From: Blepharisma stoltei ATCC 30299
Lineage: Eukaryota > Protista > Ciliophora
Length of the DNA: 64,000 nt
Reading direction: 5' to 3'
NCBI GenBank assembly: GCA_965603825.1
Contig: CBFDEM010000011.1
Location: 62,001-126,000 of the forward strand
Part shown: positions 1 to 14,996 of the stretch, piece by piece
Position numbering within the stretch: position 1 is the first letter of the stretch
How the letters are laid out: every line of letters starts with the position of its first letter
The notes under the pieces: generated by a model
Seen by the model: only the letters and a program-made list of their open reading frames with translations
The model's database searches: none
What the model was told of the DNA's origin: nothing
Position numbers and translations under genes: made by a program

Positions 1-2811
1 TACTTTTCGATATCAAGAACTGAGGACTTAAATAAATATTTGCATTGGAGTTAATGCTTTGCCAAATAGGTCTTCACATTATAGATAATGGTAAATAAAT
101 AAGCAGAGTCAATGATGATAAAATCGCGAAAAAAATGTGCTCATCTTTATAGCAAAATACAGAGCAGTCATGATTCATAAAACTTTCGTCTATCTTATTT
201 CCAATTCCTTTTTCGCATTGAAAAATTGTTAAAAGAATATGGGTTATAGGTATTAAGCCTATGTTTCCTATTATTGGTGTTATAAATTTCCCAAAAACTC
301 CTATACTATCTAGTAAATATCAGGCCCCATTGCTAAATATTGCAAAAAATCAATAAAAATCATAGACATGGCTAAATAGTCGTTGGCTTTTACTTCGCAT
401 CGTTCCGTTATCATAAAAATCTGTGATTTTCAGTAAATTTTAACTAAAATTACAGCCGATAAAAATACAACTATTATTGTGATACCAAATACAAGTCCAT
501 AATATAAACCAGAGCCAGCATCTGAATCTCTTATTAACCGGAGATTAAATGGGCAATTATCAGGATTCAGTCTTTTCTCGCCTGGAACATTTGTGGTATT
601 ATCTGGCCAAATGATGTTTCTTGTGAATGAAAATGGCGGATTGCTTCCTATGCTATAAGTGCCTACTGGATAATTTACATAATATCCAAGAGTTTCATTG
701 TAAATTTCATTCATAATACTTATTATAGCTGTGCTTTTTTCATTAGAATTGCTTGAGATTTGCACAGTCCCTGAACACCCAATAAATTTCACTTTTCTTA
801 TTCCTTCATTCAATAGTTCTGGATCTTCATAATCGCCTCCAGCATCAATTAAATATTTTATTCCATGAATTCCGAGCATCATAGCATCAAAAGATGGGCA
901 TGTTCCATAATATAAATAAAACCCATAAAATTTATTACCTAAAGCTATCAGTGATGCCCCATAACTTCCTAGCCATTCTGATTGCCACAACACCAATGAC
1001 CCAAATAAAAGCTCTTTTACCTTTGTTTTTGTGTCAGCAGTAATTGCTTGAGAATTTTCAAAATATCCTGCAATAGGGAGATATAGCAAAAAAATCATAT
1101 CGTTTCTTCTGATCCCTTCATCATATAGCTGCCCAAAAAGGTTGAACATCGGGGTAGGCTCTAGTAAAGGAACCACAATTTTGCATTGGGTGGCAATAGC
1201 ATTTTTCATATAATTTGAATAATTTCCATAAAGCTGTGGACTATATAAAGGATTAAGCATTCTTTTGTCCTCATCATTAACTATTTTTATTCCTAGAGTT
1301 TTAGCGACATTGTAAAAGTTCTTATACATATCCAGCCCAAAAGTTGAATTTTCATAAAAGACTACTGCGCATTTTCAGCTAAAAATACTCATAAGATAAG
1401 CAAGCATATTTGAATGAAATGCAAAACTTTTCATAATCCTAACGAATTCAGGATATGCTGTTTTATTTGTAAATAGTTCGCTAGTGCATTCATCTGAAAT
1501 TAAAGGGATTTTTATCCCCAGGTCTCTAAAATCTTTTATAGTCCCATAACAAACGTTATCATTATAAGATGGCAAAAAAGCAACACCCAAGCTGTCTTTG
1601 TGGCTTAATAAACAGTTATATGAAAATGGACGATAGTAAAAATCAGCACTGCAGTCTGTTGGATACAATTTTAAGCTGAAATTTTCTAAAATGTGTATGT
1701 ATTCGGCGTATTTTAGAGCAAATGAAGAGCCAAGCTTTAGATGACTATTAGAGCCGAGCTTGAGACCATTGAAATTTGAATCCCCTGAGGCAACTGATAT
1801 AATGATTGGTGGTTTTTGAGAACTTGGAGCAATTGTTGTGTTTCCAGGGTATATAATAGTATCAGAAATATTCACTATATTATTTTCTATATATCCTACT
1901 ATTTTTTTTGAGCTTCCTTGTACGTTTACTATTGAAAATAGATTTAAAGGCTGATGATTAATTGTCGACTTTTGAAAAAGAGCTTTTACAGCATAAATTG
2001 ATTCAGACTCAAAATCAATGTCACGCAAAAAATTAATAATGCTTAAGGAATGGTAATTATTCAAATTTTTAGCGTATTCTAGATCTTTTTCAACTATAAA
2101 TATCAGCCCATCTCTATTTGAGGCCCATGCAGATTTACTTCCAAGAATCAGCCCAAAACCCTCTTTATACATATTTTTTGATATAAAGCTGCTTATCAAT
2201 TTTTCAGCTCCTTTACCTTCATTAGCAATTATAATATGGTTTAGCCCTTTTACTTTTATTTCTCGAGAAATTAATTCATCAGTTACACCTTGACTCAGCC
2301 AATTCCCAAAAATCCTAGAAAAGAAATTTGCACCATAAAAAGTCAACTCTTTTTCAAAATAGCTTCTAAATCTAATATTATCAGTGGAATCACTATAAAT
2401 AATTCCAATTTTGTTTCACCCTAAAAATAGCAGCACGCTAATAAAACTTTTTGTGTATTTGCTAGTTGAAATATGTGAAAAATACTCCCATTCCTCATAA
2501 CTTTCGGTAGGCTCATCAATTTTTATAGAGATAAAATGATTCATCCTAGCAGCCTCTTTTATTTTTTGGTTCAATAGCAAATTTTGGGTTAAGTCAATTG
2601 CAATAGCAGGAGATGAGAAATTTCTTCCTATTTGTGATTTTTCATCAATGAGCTCTTGAAATAGATTTATGCTATTATATGTTGAACTTAGATCATAAGA
2701 CATTTGATTAATCAATCCTCAGTCTGTTTCCTGGCTATATAAAATTCATATTGAGAGCTTTGATGAAGCAAGAGAAAATAAAACCTCAAGTATCAAAATT
2801 GAGATAGCCAT
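1..2811 (-). pseudogene. Receptor array copy 1 (double Venus-flytrap + multi-TM receptor), truncated by an internal 184-bp deletion; in-frame TAG at 312-310
   Basis: ATG at 2811 (MAISILILEVLFSLASSKLSIW). ORFs 2416-2715, 1375-2346 and 430-1329 join in one frame through TGA=Trp. After MGPDI the sequence jumps to the LDSIGVFGKF segment in another frame. The remaining TM-coding sequence runs off the window start. Confidence 0.8.
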
Positions 2812-3349
2812 AATTTAAATGTAAAGATATAAAACCCATAAATGCATTTTTGAGTCATAATTATTTTAGATAGAAATATGCAGTTTTATCCATGCGAAAA
2901 TATTTTAAAACATTCTTTTTTATTTATGGGTTTCTGAAATAAAAAGTATTATAAGAGTATTTAATTGGTGAAATTAATTTTTTGAGTGATTATTAGATTA
3001 AGAAGAGAGATAAATACTTAATAAGCTTACTCAATAGGATATAACTAGATGTTTTATGGCGTAGCATTTGAGGATAATTTTGCGTTTTTAAACTAATTTT
3101 TGTTTTTCAACTGTATGGCTATTATAAAGAAAGCATATTCATTTTAGATTTTGGAATTTAATTTTTATGATTAGATGTTCTAGGAATTATAATATGTAAT
3201 CAATTAAAAATTTAGGCTTATTTTTGGGAAAATTTTAATTAATATATCTTTCCAAAATATTATTTAGAAAATTTCAAAAAGATGTAGGATGCAAAATATA
3301 TCGAAATTTAATATTAATTGGTTTTAAAATCTACTTATATTTATTTAAA

Positions 3350-6300
3350 CTAAAATAATGACCTGCTATCTATTAGCCCAAATTTTGAATCTACTTCATT
3401 GTCAGCTTTTAGAGCTGGATCACTAATCTCATATGCCGTTGCTCTTTTTTTGATATCCCCAATCTCAATTTGCTTTGTTAATGCAAATTTAAAAAGAATA
3501 TTTATATCTGCTCCCTTTGGTGAGAAAAATAGACTTGGATATTTTTCATGCTGAATGATCAAAGTAGTAAGTAAAATTACAAATCATCCAGCAAATTGAA
3601 GAATAATCCAAAATGGGATATAGGAATAAGATAGTGCATAATAAAATGAGGAGACAATTAAGCTTCATGCTAAGGCTACTAAAGATGCCGTCGTTCAGAG
3701 ACTGCATCTTTGATAATTGTAAGGCTTATAATATAGTGTATAGTAAATAAAAGCCAAAGTAAATATTAAATAAACTAACCCCTCTAATCATTGATTATGG
3801 TGTTTTAGAGTCTTATTCAAAGCGACTGAAATTATTTGAAAAATACTTTTCGATACCAAGAACTGTGGACTTAAATAAATATTTGTATTAGAATTAATGC
3901 TTTGCCATATTGGTCTTCACATTATAGATAATGGTAAATAGATCAGCAGAGTTAAAAAAGATAAAATCGCAAAAAATATGTGCTGGTCTTTATAACAAAA
4001 AACAGAGCAGTCATGATCCATAAAGCTCTCATCTATTTTATTTCCAATTCCTTTTTCACACTCAAAAACTGTTAGGAGAATATGAGTTATAGGGATTAAT
4101 CCTAAATTTCCAATTATAGGAGTTATAAATCTTCCAAAAATCCCTATGCTGTCTAATATATCAATATTTTTATATTCATCAATTCTAAAATATACAAACA
4201 TAGATAAAAATACCCATAAAACGCAAATAGAAAAGGTTATAATAATTGCAATCCAATAAGCGTCACCTTTAAATTCAATCAGAACTGATAAATTAATTGA
4301 TGCATAGTCATATAAAAATGAACTAATTTCATCATAAACGCTGAGGTCAGGTCCCATCGCTAAATACTGCAAAAAATCAATAAAAATCATAGCCATCGCG
4401 ACATAATCATTAGCTTTTACTTCACATCTTTGTATTATAATTGGCAGGTATGAATGCCAATATAATTTTATTAAAATTATAGTGGATAATATTGTAACAA
4501 TAAATGTGATTCCAAATACAAAACCATAATATAAACCATGTCCTGCATCTGAATCCTGGATTAGATGAAGATTAAAGGGGCAATTATCAGGATTCTGCCT
4601 TTTCTCGTTTGGAGTATTTGTGGTATTATCAGGTCAGGTAATATTTTTTGTAATTAAAAACGGAGGATTACTTCCTACTGTGTAGCTTCCAACTTCGATA
4701 TTTACATAATGCCCAAGAGTTTTATTATAAACAGAATTCATTATGCTTATGATAGCTGTATTTTTTTCATTGGAATTACTTGAAATCTGCACAGTTCCTG
4801 AGCATCCTGTAAATTTTACTTTTCTTATTCCTTCATTTAACAATTCTGGATTTTCGTAATCATTTCCTTCATTAATTGTATATTTTAAGCCATGAAGAAC
4901 TAGTGTCATAGCATCAAATGAAGGGCAATTTCCTCCATATCAAGAAGGGTCATAAAACGTGTCACCTAATGCTTTGAGCGAGGCCCCATAACTTCCTACT
5001 CATTCAGATTGCCATAGTCCTAATGAGCCATAGGCAAGCTTAATCACTTTTTGTTTAGTCTCATCTGTAATTGAAGGTGAATACTCAAAATATCCAGCCA
5101 TAGGAAAATATACTAAGTAAATAAAATCGCCTAGCCTTATACCTTTATCATATAATTGCCCAAAAAGATTAAATACCGCAGTTGACTGTAACAAAGGAAC
5201 TATAATTCGGCATTTAGTATTTATAGCATTGTTAATAAAATCAGAATAATTTTCATACATTTCTGGGTTGTAGAAAGGGTCAAGCATCCGCTTATTTTCA
5301 TCATTAACGATTTTTATCCCTAGGCTGCTAGCTATTTCAATGAAATGATTATACATGACTAATCCAAAAGTTGAATTTTCATAGAAGACAACAGCGCATT
5401 TTCAGCTAAAAATACTCATAAGGTATGCTAATGTGTTTGAATGAAAAGCATAGCTTTTCATAATTCTAATGAATTCTGGATATGCTGTTTTATTAGTAAA
5501 AATATCACTTGTGCATTGATCTGAAATTAATGGTACTTTTATTCCAAGAGATCTAAAATCATTGACTGTTCCATAGCACACATCATCACTATAAGAAGGC
5601 AAAAAGGCAACTCCAATGTTTGATTTTTCATTTGATAAGCAGCTATATGAAAAATTATAGTCATAAAAATCAGCACTGCAGTCTGTGGAATGTAAAACTA
5701 TGTTGAAATCTTCAAGATAATGATTTATTTTTGAATATTTTAAAGCAAAGTCAGCACCTATTTTGAAAAAACCATTTTGACCAAGAATAAGGCCATTATA
5801 ATTTGTATCTCCTGATGCCTCTGATATAGCGATTTTTTGTTTTTCTGAATTTGGGATTTCTGAGGTGCTTCCGGGAAAAATGATTGTATTAGCAAGTGAT
5901 AATGAAAAATTGTCTATGCAGCCAACAATTTTTCTAATGCTGTTTTGGATGTTTACAATTGAAAAAATGTTTAGAGGTTCATGATTTTCGGTGTAGTTAT
6001 CAAGCTGCTCTTTTATGGAATATATTGAATCTGAGTTAATAATATTGTTTATAAGTTTGATAATACTGAGTGAATGATAATGATTCGTACTTTCCGAAAA
6101 TTCTAAATCTTTTTCAACTATAAATACTAGCCCATCCTCATTCGGACCTCATATAGCTTGACTCCCTAGTATTACTCCAAATCCCTTCTTATACACATTT
6201 TTACCGATAAAACTTTTTATAAGTTTTATTGAGCCTTCACCTTCATTCGCAATTATAATATTATTAAATCCTTTAGCCTTAATTTCGCGCGCTATTAAAT

Positions 6301-6841
6301 TATCAGCTATATCCTGGTCTAGCCGATTTCCAAAATTTATTGATAAAGCATTTTCAATATTATAAAAAAATGATTTTTCTTTAAGATGGTTTCAAAATTT
6401 TATATTTCCATAAGAATCACTATAAATAAGTCCAATTCTGCTCCAGCCTAAATATGAAAGCATTCTCATCATTGCTATCGCATGGTTGCTGGTAGAAATA
6501 TGAGTGCTGTATATTCATTTATCGTTGTTTTTTAGCCGTTCAGTAACTTCTAAGACGATAAAATCATAAATTCTTGAGAAATCTTTTAGCTTTTGCTTCA
6601 ACAATAAATTTTTGGTTAAATCAATTACTATGGTTGGGTGCGCATAGCTTCAGCCTATAAGCGGTTCCATATCAGCATGATTTTGATATAGCTCAATATT
6701 TTCTCTGTAAGTTGTGTTTAAATCATTAAAAATCTGATCTGTAAGTCCTCATTCAGTTTCATCGCTGTAAAGAATTCGTATAGAGAGTTTTGATGAAACA
6801 AAACAAAAATAAAACAATCACTTCAGCTTTGAAAATTTCAT
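3350..6841 (-). CDS. Receptor array copy 2, 1163 aa: signal peptide, two ANF-receptor/PBP1-like modules, ~9 TM helices
   Basis: ATG 6841 (MKFSKLKWLFYFCFVSSKLSI) to TAG 3352-3350. All listed sub-ORFs share one frame and are separated only by TGA. Motifs KTAYPEFIRI, W.CAVVFYENSTFG and KVKFTGCSGTVQI resemble class C GPCR/ANF-receptor ligand-binding domains. Confidence 0.85.
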
Positions 6842-7170
6842 GATGCTTATATAAGGCTAAAAAAATCCTAGTTTATTTAATTCAATAAAAATAATTCTGT
6901 AAGAGAAATTATTATTGATTTCAAAAAGATACTAAGTCATAAAAATTTTTATTAATACATATTTAGGTAGTTTTATTGGAATACTTAAGCAAAATGCGCT
7001 AAATTATAAATCTAGTAACCAATTTTTTAATCATGCATAAATTTAATATTTCTTGTAGAGACTCTACTGATTTTTGATTCAAATTCATAGTTAGTAAAAT
7101 CTGTTATTATAATATTAAATTTATAACTCTCAAAAGCATCTAATATAAAATTATTTCAAAATTATGATTT

Positions 7171-10100
7171 TTAAACACTTAAAACGAATTGACTATCAAT
7201 GAACTCATTTTTCGAATTCATGTTGCTTGAATTTTTTTGCTGGTCTGCATCATAAACCTCATAAGCCCTAAATTGCTTCTTCATAACTTGCTCAAGCATG
7301 ACTTGCTTTGTGAATGCAAATTTAAAGAAAATGCTAATTTCAAGCCCTTTAACTGAATAAAGTAAGCTTGGGTACATTTTCCTTTGAATTAATATGCCAG
7401 TTACAACAATTATTATCCATCCTCCAAATTGCATTGCCATCCAAACTTTATAGTCTGAGTAATCAACTGAATAATAAATCGAAGACAAAATTAGGCTCCA
7501 CGCCAACGCTATTAATGATATTGTTGTCCATAGATTGCATCTATTGTAATTATATGGCTTTTTATATGTCACAAAGAATATAAAAAATACGACAAATATA
7601 AAATAAATCCCTCCATCTAAAGATTGGCTGTAATGTTTCAGTGTTTTGTTTAAAGCGACCGTAATAATTTGAAAAATACTTTTGGCAACTAAAAATGAAG
7701 GGTTTGAGTACACATTTGCATTAATATTTATGCTTTGCCAGCATGGTCTACATACAATTGATAAAGGCAAATAAATCAAAAGAGTAATCATTGATAAAAT
7801 TACAAAGAAAATATGTTCATCTTCATAGCAAAAAACTGAGCAGTCATGATTCATAAAGCTCTCAGTTAGTCTGCTTCCTATTCCTTTTTCGCATTGAAAA
7901 ATTGTCAGGAGAATATGGGTTATTGGGATGAATCCTAAGTTCCCTATAATCGGAGTTATAAATTTAGCAAAAATCCCAATATTATTAAATAAATCAATAT
8001 TTTTTCATTCATGAAGATTAAAATAAATAAACAAAGATAGAAATAGCCATAAATAGCAAACAGAGAATGTCACTGCAATAGCAATTCAATAAGGATTTCC
8101 CTTAAAATTAATGAGAACTGATAAGTTGACTGCTGCATAGTCATATAAGAAAGAAGTAACTTGATCAAATGCGCTAATATCAGGACCCATGGCTAAATAC
8201 TGTAAAAAATCAATAAGAATCATTGCCATTATAATGTAATCGTGGGCTGTTATTTCACTTCTAACAGTGATCATTGGTAGCTGAGTATTTCAATATAATT
8301 TCACTAATATAATAATGGATAAAGCAGCGACGATAAAAGCTGTTCCAAAAACAAATCCATAATATAAGCCGTAACCAAAATCTGAATCTTGGATTAAATG
8401 CAAGTTAAATGGACAGTTATCAGGGTTCAGTCTTTTTTCTCCTGGGATATTTTGGGTGTTATCTGGCCAAATAATATTTTTTGTAAATACAAAAGGCGGA
8501 TTACTCCCAATGCTGTAAGTTCCGACTTCTACATTTAAATAATACCCAAGCGTTTCATTGTAAATTTCATTCATTATGCTGATTATCGCTGAGCTCCTTT
8601 CATTAGAGTTACTTGAAATTTGCACAGTCCCTGAACATCCCATGAATTTTACCTTTCGTAATCCAGCATTTAATAAGTCAGGATCTTCATAGTCTTCTCC
8701 AGCATCAATCAGGTATTTTATTCCATTAATTGTCAGCATAAATGCATCAAAAGCAGGGCACGTCCCACCATACATAAAATATCCATAAAATTTGTTTCCT
8801 AACGCAATTAATGATTTTCCATAGCTCCCAACCCATTCAGATTGCCAAAGCCCGAACGAGCCATATGCTAATTCTTTAACATTTGCTCTTGTCTTATTTG
8901 TGATTCCTTGTGAGTGTTCAAAAAATCCTGCTATAGGATAATATAATAAATAAATAAAATCTCCTAGCCTTATCCCTTCATCATGCAGTTGCCCAAATAA
9001 GTTAAAAATAACGTTTCCTTCTAATAAAGGGACAATTATTTTACATTGAGTTTTTATAGCATTTTTCATGTACTCAGTATAATTTTGATACAAATCTGGG
9101 CCATATAGCGGATCCAGCATTCTTTTATCCTCATCATTTACTATTTTTATCCCTAAACTGTTTGCGATACTTGAAAAAGATTTATACATATTCAAGCCAA
9201 AAGTAGAATTTTCATAAAAAACAACTGCACAATCCCAATTAAAAATACTCATAAGATATGCTAAGGTGTTCGAATGAAATGCAAAACTTTTCATAATCCT
9301 CATGAATTCTGGATAAGCTGTTTTATTGGTAAAAATTTCACTTGTGCATTGGTCTGAAACTAGTGGGATTTTTATCCCAAGAGCCCTAAAATCGCTGATA
9401 GTCCCATAGCAAACATTATCATTATAAGAAGGTAAAAAAGCAACACCTAAATTTGATTTTTGCCTTGATAAACAATTATATGAAAAAGGGCGGAGGTAAA
9501 AATCAGCACTGCAGTCTGTGGAATACAAATTTAAATTAAAATCATCCAAAAAGTGAATGTATTTTGCGTACATCAAGGCAAAAAAGGAACCAATTTTAAA
9601 ATAGCTATTCGAGCCGAGAACAACCCCATTAAAATTTGTGTCTCCAGATGCAATTGATATCACAATTGGTGGCTTTGCTGATTTTGGGGTATTTTTACTG
9701 TTTCCAGGGAATATTATTTGCTCAGTAAGGCTGACTGTATTATTTTGTATATAACCAACAATCTTTTTGGTTTTCTCTTGAATATTCACTATAGAAAATG
9801 AATTTAAAGGGTGCTGATTAGCTGTGGAATTTCAAAGCTTTTCTTTTACAATGTAAATTGAATCCGAGTTTATATTAATATTGCTCAATAAATTAATAAT
9901 GCTTAAGGAATGGTAATGATTCAAATTTTCAGCACTTTCTAAGCCTTTTTCAACAATAAATACCAGGCCATCATTATTTGGGCCTCATATAGCTAAGCTT
10001 CCAAGTATTACCCCAAATCCCTCTTTATACATATTTTTTAACTCAAAACTCTGCATCAACTTTCGAGCTCCTTCACCTTCATTAGATATTATAATAGTAT

Positions 10101-10677
10101 TTAACCCTTTTGCTTTGATTTCTTTTGAAATTAAATTATCAGATAAATCTTGGCTTAGCCAGTTCCCAAATCCTCTTGATATGTAACTAATATCATTATT
10201 AAAAATCAATTCTTCTTCTAATGCATTACGAAATTCAATATTTTGAAAGGAATTGCTGTATAAAAACCCAATTTTATTTCAATCTAAAAATGAAAGCATG
10301 CTTGACATAGCCTGAGCATGATTAGAAATCGATATATGAGAAAAATACTCTCACTGATCAAAACTTTCATATTGTCCAAAAATTGTTATGTGGACAAAAT
10401 TAAATATTCTCGCTGACTCTTTGATTTTTTGTTTAATTAATAATATTTTCGTTATGTCAATTACAATTGTGGGATTTGTATAAGTTTGGCCTATTTCTGA
10501 ACTTTCACCAACGAAATCTTGAAATAGATCAATTTGGTCTAGATACAATGTATTTAAATCATTAAAGACCTGGACCAGTAATTCTTGATCGGTCTCTTCA
10601 TCGTGAAGAATATGCAAAGAAAGCTTTGACGAAGCCAGGATAAGAGAAGCCATGAGCACCAACGCCAAAAAAATCAT
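7171..10677 (-). CDS. Receptor array copy 3, 1168 aa
   Basis: ORFs starting at 10677, 10209, 9789, 8274 and 7854 are in one frame linked by TGA=Trp. Same motifs as copy 2; ends in TAA. Confidence 0.87.
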
Positions 10678-11507
10678 ATTTTTATATTAAGCACTAAAAT
10701 TAAACTACTACTATTAATTACATCTGGTAAAATTATAATTATTGATTTAAGTATAACTTAAGACTTATATTTTTTTTTATGTGCTAATTTCTTTAGGTGT
10801 ATTTGTAAAATTAATATTGAAAATATACTGGGCTTAGGCACTAATAAATCATAAAGGTAAGTATTAGAAATATTAAATCTAAAATAGCATTTTATCGATG
10901 CTCAAATTTTTAGTAATTTTGCTGTGAGTAACTTATATAATACTTTGCTCAGGTGAGCTATTTTCCACGTCTCTTTATTTAATATCAATACAAAATGGAA
11001 AAGAAAAAAAAACCCTTAATTTTTAACGCGCTCGACGATAAGTTATAAATAAAGAAGATGAAATGAATATTATTGCAGGAGACTAATTAAATATTATTTT
11101 ACCGCGCATATTTTTGTAATAATGCAAAATTTCCTATGATCAAAATAGCATTTACTGTTTTTCTAATTTTTAAATATAGCCCATAAAATTTATCTGATAA
11201 TAGCCTTTTAAATTGAAATTTATAATATAAAATATCAAAGAAACACTTTTCTTTAAAATTAGGATAGTTAATTAAATTTTCATAATTTCAATTAAATTAA
11301 AAAATGAAATCATAATCTAATTTTATATAACTTAAAAATGCAATAAAACGAGCAATAACTGCTTTTAAAAGTAATAATAGTCCATAAAGATTGTAAATTC
11401 AACAATATCAAATTTTTATGTTTCTAAGATGATTTTTATAAAATTCCTCCTTTTTCTATCTTCTTTATATAATAGGATAGTCCACTAAATTTTTATAAAT
11501 TATTTAT

Positions 11508-14500
11508 TTAATTACTCATCTCAATTCTGCAGCCTATAAGCTCGTTTTTGGAATCAATATCGAATGAGAATTTTTCATCTTCTGCTTCATAATTACTCGA
11601 TCGCTTCTTCTTTATAACTTCACCAAGCTCAACTCGATTCGTTAATGCAAATTTGAAGAAAACGCTGATTTCAACACCTTTTAAAGAATAAAGCAGACTA
11701 GGGTATTTTTTTCATTGTATTATGCAGCCAATTATTATTAATGCTAACCATCCTCCAAATTGCAATATAATTCAAAGCTTATAGTCTGCAGGAATACCAA
11801 CTAAGTAATAAATTGAGCTTAAAATTAAGCTTCATGATAGTGACACCAATGAAATGGCTGTCCATAAGTTGCATCTATGGTAATTATATGGTTTTCTATA
11901 TTTTGTGTAAAAAATAAAAATCATCACAAATATTGCATATGTGAACCCAGCTAAAGATTGACTATATCTCTTTAGTGTTTTATTTATTACAACTGCAATA
12001 ATCTGAAAAATGCTTTTAGCAACTAAAAATGGGGGATTTGAATATATATTTGTATTGGAATTTAAATTTTGCCATAAAGGTCTACATAATATAGATAAAG
12101 GTAAATAAATTAAAAGCGTTATCACTGATAAAGTCACAAAGAAAATATGTGAATTTTTATAGCAAAATATCGAGCAATCATGATTCATAAAGCTCTCGCT
12201 TAGGCTGTTTCCTATTCCTTTTTCGCATTGAAAAATTGTTAGGAGAATATGTGCTATAGGAATAAACCCTAAATTCCCTACGATGGGAGTTATAATTCTT
12301 GCAAAATCGCCAACGTTGTTGAATATTTCAAACTTTTTTCATTTATCAATTTTTAAGTAAATAAATAATGTCAAAAATAGCCATAAGTAGCAAATTGAGA
12401 AAGTGGTGATCATAGCAATCCAATATGGATTGCCTTTGAAATTAATCAGAACTGACAAGTTAACTGATGCATAATTATATAAAAATGAAATTATGCTGTT
12501 AAATTCGCTAATGTCAGGACCCATAGCCAAATATTGGAAAAAATCTACAAGAATCATTGCCATTATAATATAATCATGGACTGTTATTTGGCTTTTTTCT
12601 ACCAGCATTGGCAGCTGCTCTTTCCAATAAACTTTAATTAGAATAATAGAAGATAAAACAATCACTATAAATGCAGCTGCAAAAATAAATCCATAATATA
12701 AACTGAAGCCTGCATCTGAATCTTGTATTAAATGAAGGTTAAATGGACAATTATCAGGGTTTAACCTTTTATCACCTGGAGTTTTGTGTGTTTTATCAGG
12801 CCATGTAATATTTTTAATAAATGAAAAAGGTGGGTTCCCTCCTACAACATGCCTTCCTACAACGATCCTATCAAAATATCCAAGAGTTTCATTAAAAATC
12901 TGATTTCATATGCTGATAGATGCCGTGGTTTTTTCATTAGAATTACTTGAAATTTGCACAGTCCCTGAACACCCTGTAAATTTTACCTTTCTTATTCCAT
13001 CATTTAATAGCTGAGGATCCTCATAGTCTGCTCCAGCATCAATTAAATATTTTATTCCATGCAGCCCAAGCATCACTGCATCAAAAGAGGGGCAAGTTCC
13101 TCCAGGGATACGCTTTCCATACAAACCTATGCTAATATCAACAAGAGAATTTCCATAACTTCCGACTCATTCTGATTGCCAGAGTGCTATTGACCCATTT
13201 ACGAGATCTTTAATGTTGGATTTAGTTTTATCAGAAATTGCTAGGGAGTATTCATAAAATCCTACAATAGGTAAATATAATAAATAAATTAAGTCACCAA
13301 TTCTTATTCCTTCGTCATGTAATTGCCCAAAAAGATTGAAGATAGCAGTTGGCTGCATCAGTGGGACAATTATTTTGCATTGGGTATTTATAGCATTTTT
13401 AATATAATAAGAATAATTTTCGTATAAAATTGGAGCATATAAAGGATCTAACATTCTTTTTTCCTCATCATTGACTATGTCAATTCCTAAACTTTTTGCA
13501 ATGCTTGAAAACGACGTATACATATCTAACCCAAATGTTGAATTTTCATAGAAAACAATTGCGCATTTTCAGTTAAAAATCCTTATGAGATATCCTAAGG
13601 TGTTTGAATGAAAAGCGTAACTTTTCATGATTCTTACAAATTCTGGGTATTCACTTTTATTGGTAAAGATTTCACTAGTGCATTGATCCGAAATTAGTGG
13701 GATTTTTAGTCCAAGTTTCCTAAAATCATTTATAGTCCCATAGCAAACATTATCATTATACGTAGGCAGAAATACAACACCTAAACTTGATTTTTGTTTT
13801 AATAAACAATTATATGAAAAATCATGATCATAATAATCAGAACTGCAGTCTGTTTTATATAAACTTAAATCAAAATTGTCTAAAAAGTGAACATATTTTG
13901 CATAATCCATAGCAAAAAATGAGCCAGCTTTGTAATAGCTATTATAATAAAGATAATGGCCATTAAAATTTGTGTTTCCAGAGGCAATCGATATAGTAAT
14001 AGAAGGCTTTTTGGATTGCGGTATGCTTGAACTATTTCCTGGAAACAAAATACGGTCCTTAAAAGTAACTGTATTATTTTCTATATAGCCAATAATTTTT
14101 TTTATTTTATCCTGAATATTCACAATAGAAAATCGATTTACTGTCGAATAATTAAGCTTCTCCTTTATTGTATAAATTGATTCAGAATCTATATCAATAT
14201 TATGCAATAAGTTTAAAATGCTTAAGGAGTGATAATGGTTTATGCTTTTAGCATGTTCAGTCCCCTTCTCAGAAATAAATATTAATCCATCATTATTTGG
14301 GCCCCATATAGCTTTTCCGTCAAGTATTGCCCCAAAGCCTTCTTTATACATATTTTTCGACAAAAAACTCTGCATGATTTTTTCAGCCCCTTCATTTTCA
14401 TTCAAAACTAAAATATTATTCAATCCTTTTGATTTTATTTCTCTCGATATTAAATTCTCAGCTAAATCTCGGCTTAACCAATTTCCAAACTCTATTGAGA

Positions 14501-14996
14501 AAAATTCAATATTTCCCTCTAGTAGCAATTCTTCTTGAAAATAATTTCGAAAATTAAAATTATATAAAGAATCACTATAAATAACCCCAATTTTATTTCA
14601 CTTTAAAAATGATAGCAAAGCTATCATAGATTTAGCATGGTTGCTTAGAGATATGTGAGAAAAAACCTCTCACTCACAAAATCCTCCAGTTTGTCCATCA
14701 ATTGATATAATAACAAAATTAAAAATTCTGGCTGAATTTTTAAGTTTTTGCTTTATTAATAAATTTTTTGTAACGTCAATCACAATTGAAGGATTATTAT
14801 AATTAGCACCTATTTCTGAGGTTTCATCAATATAATTTTGAAATAGGTCAATTTTTTTGTGATAAAAATCTGTAAAATCGGTAGAAATTTGGGTTATTAG
14901 CTCCTGGTCAGTTTCTAGGCTGTGAAGAATGTATACTGAGAGCTTTGATAAAGCAATTACCAGTAAATTAAACAGTATTGATAAAAAAATTCGCAT
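11508..14996 (-). CDS. Receptor array copy 4, ~1162 aa
   Basis: ATG 14996 (MRIFLSILF; an alternative in-frame ATG lies at 15038) to TAA 11510-11508 (...LIGCRIEMSN*). Single frame via TGA=Trp. Confidence 0.85.
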
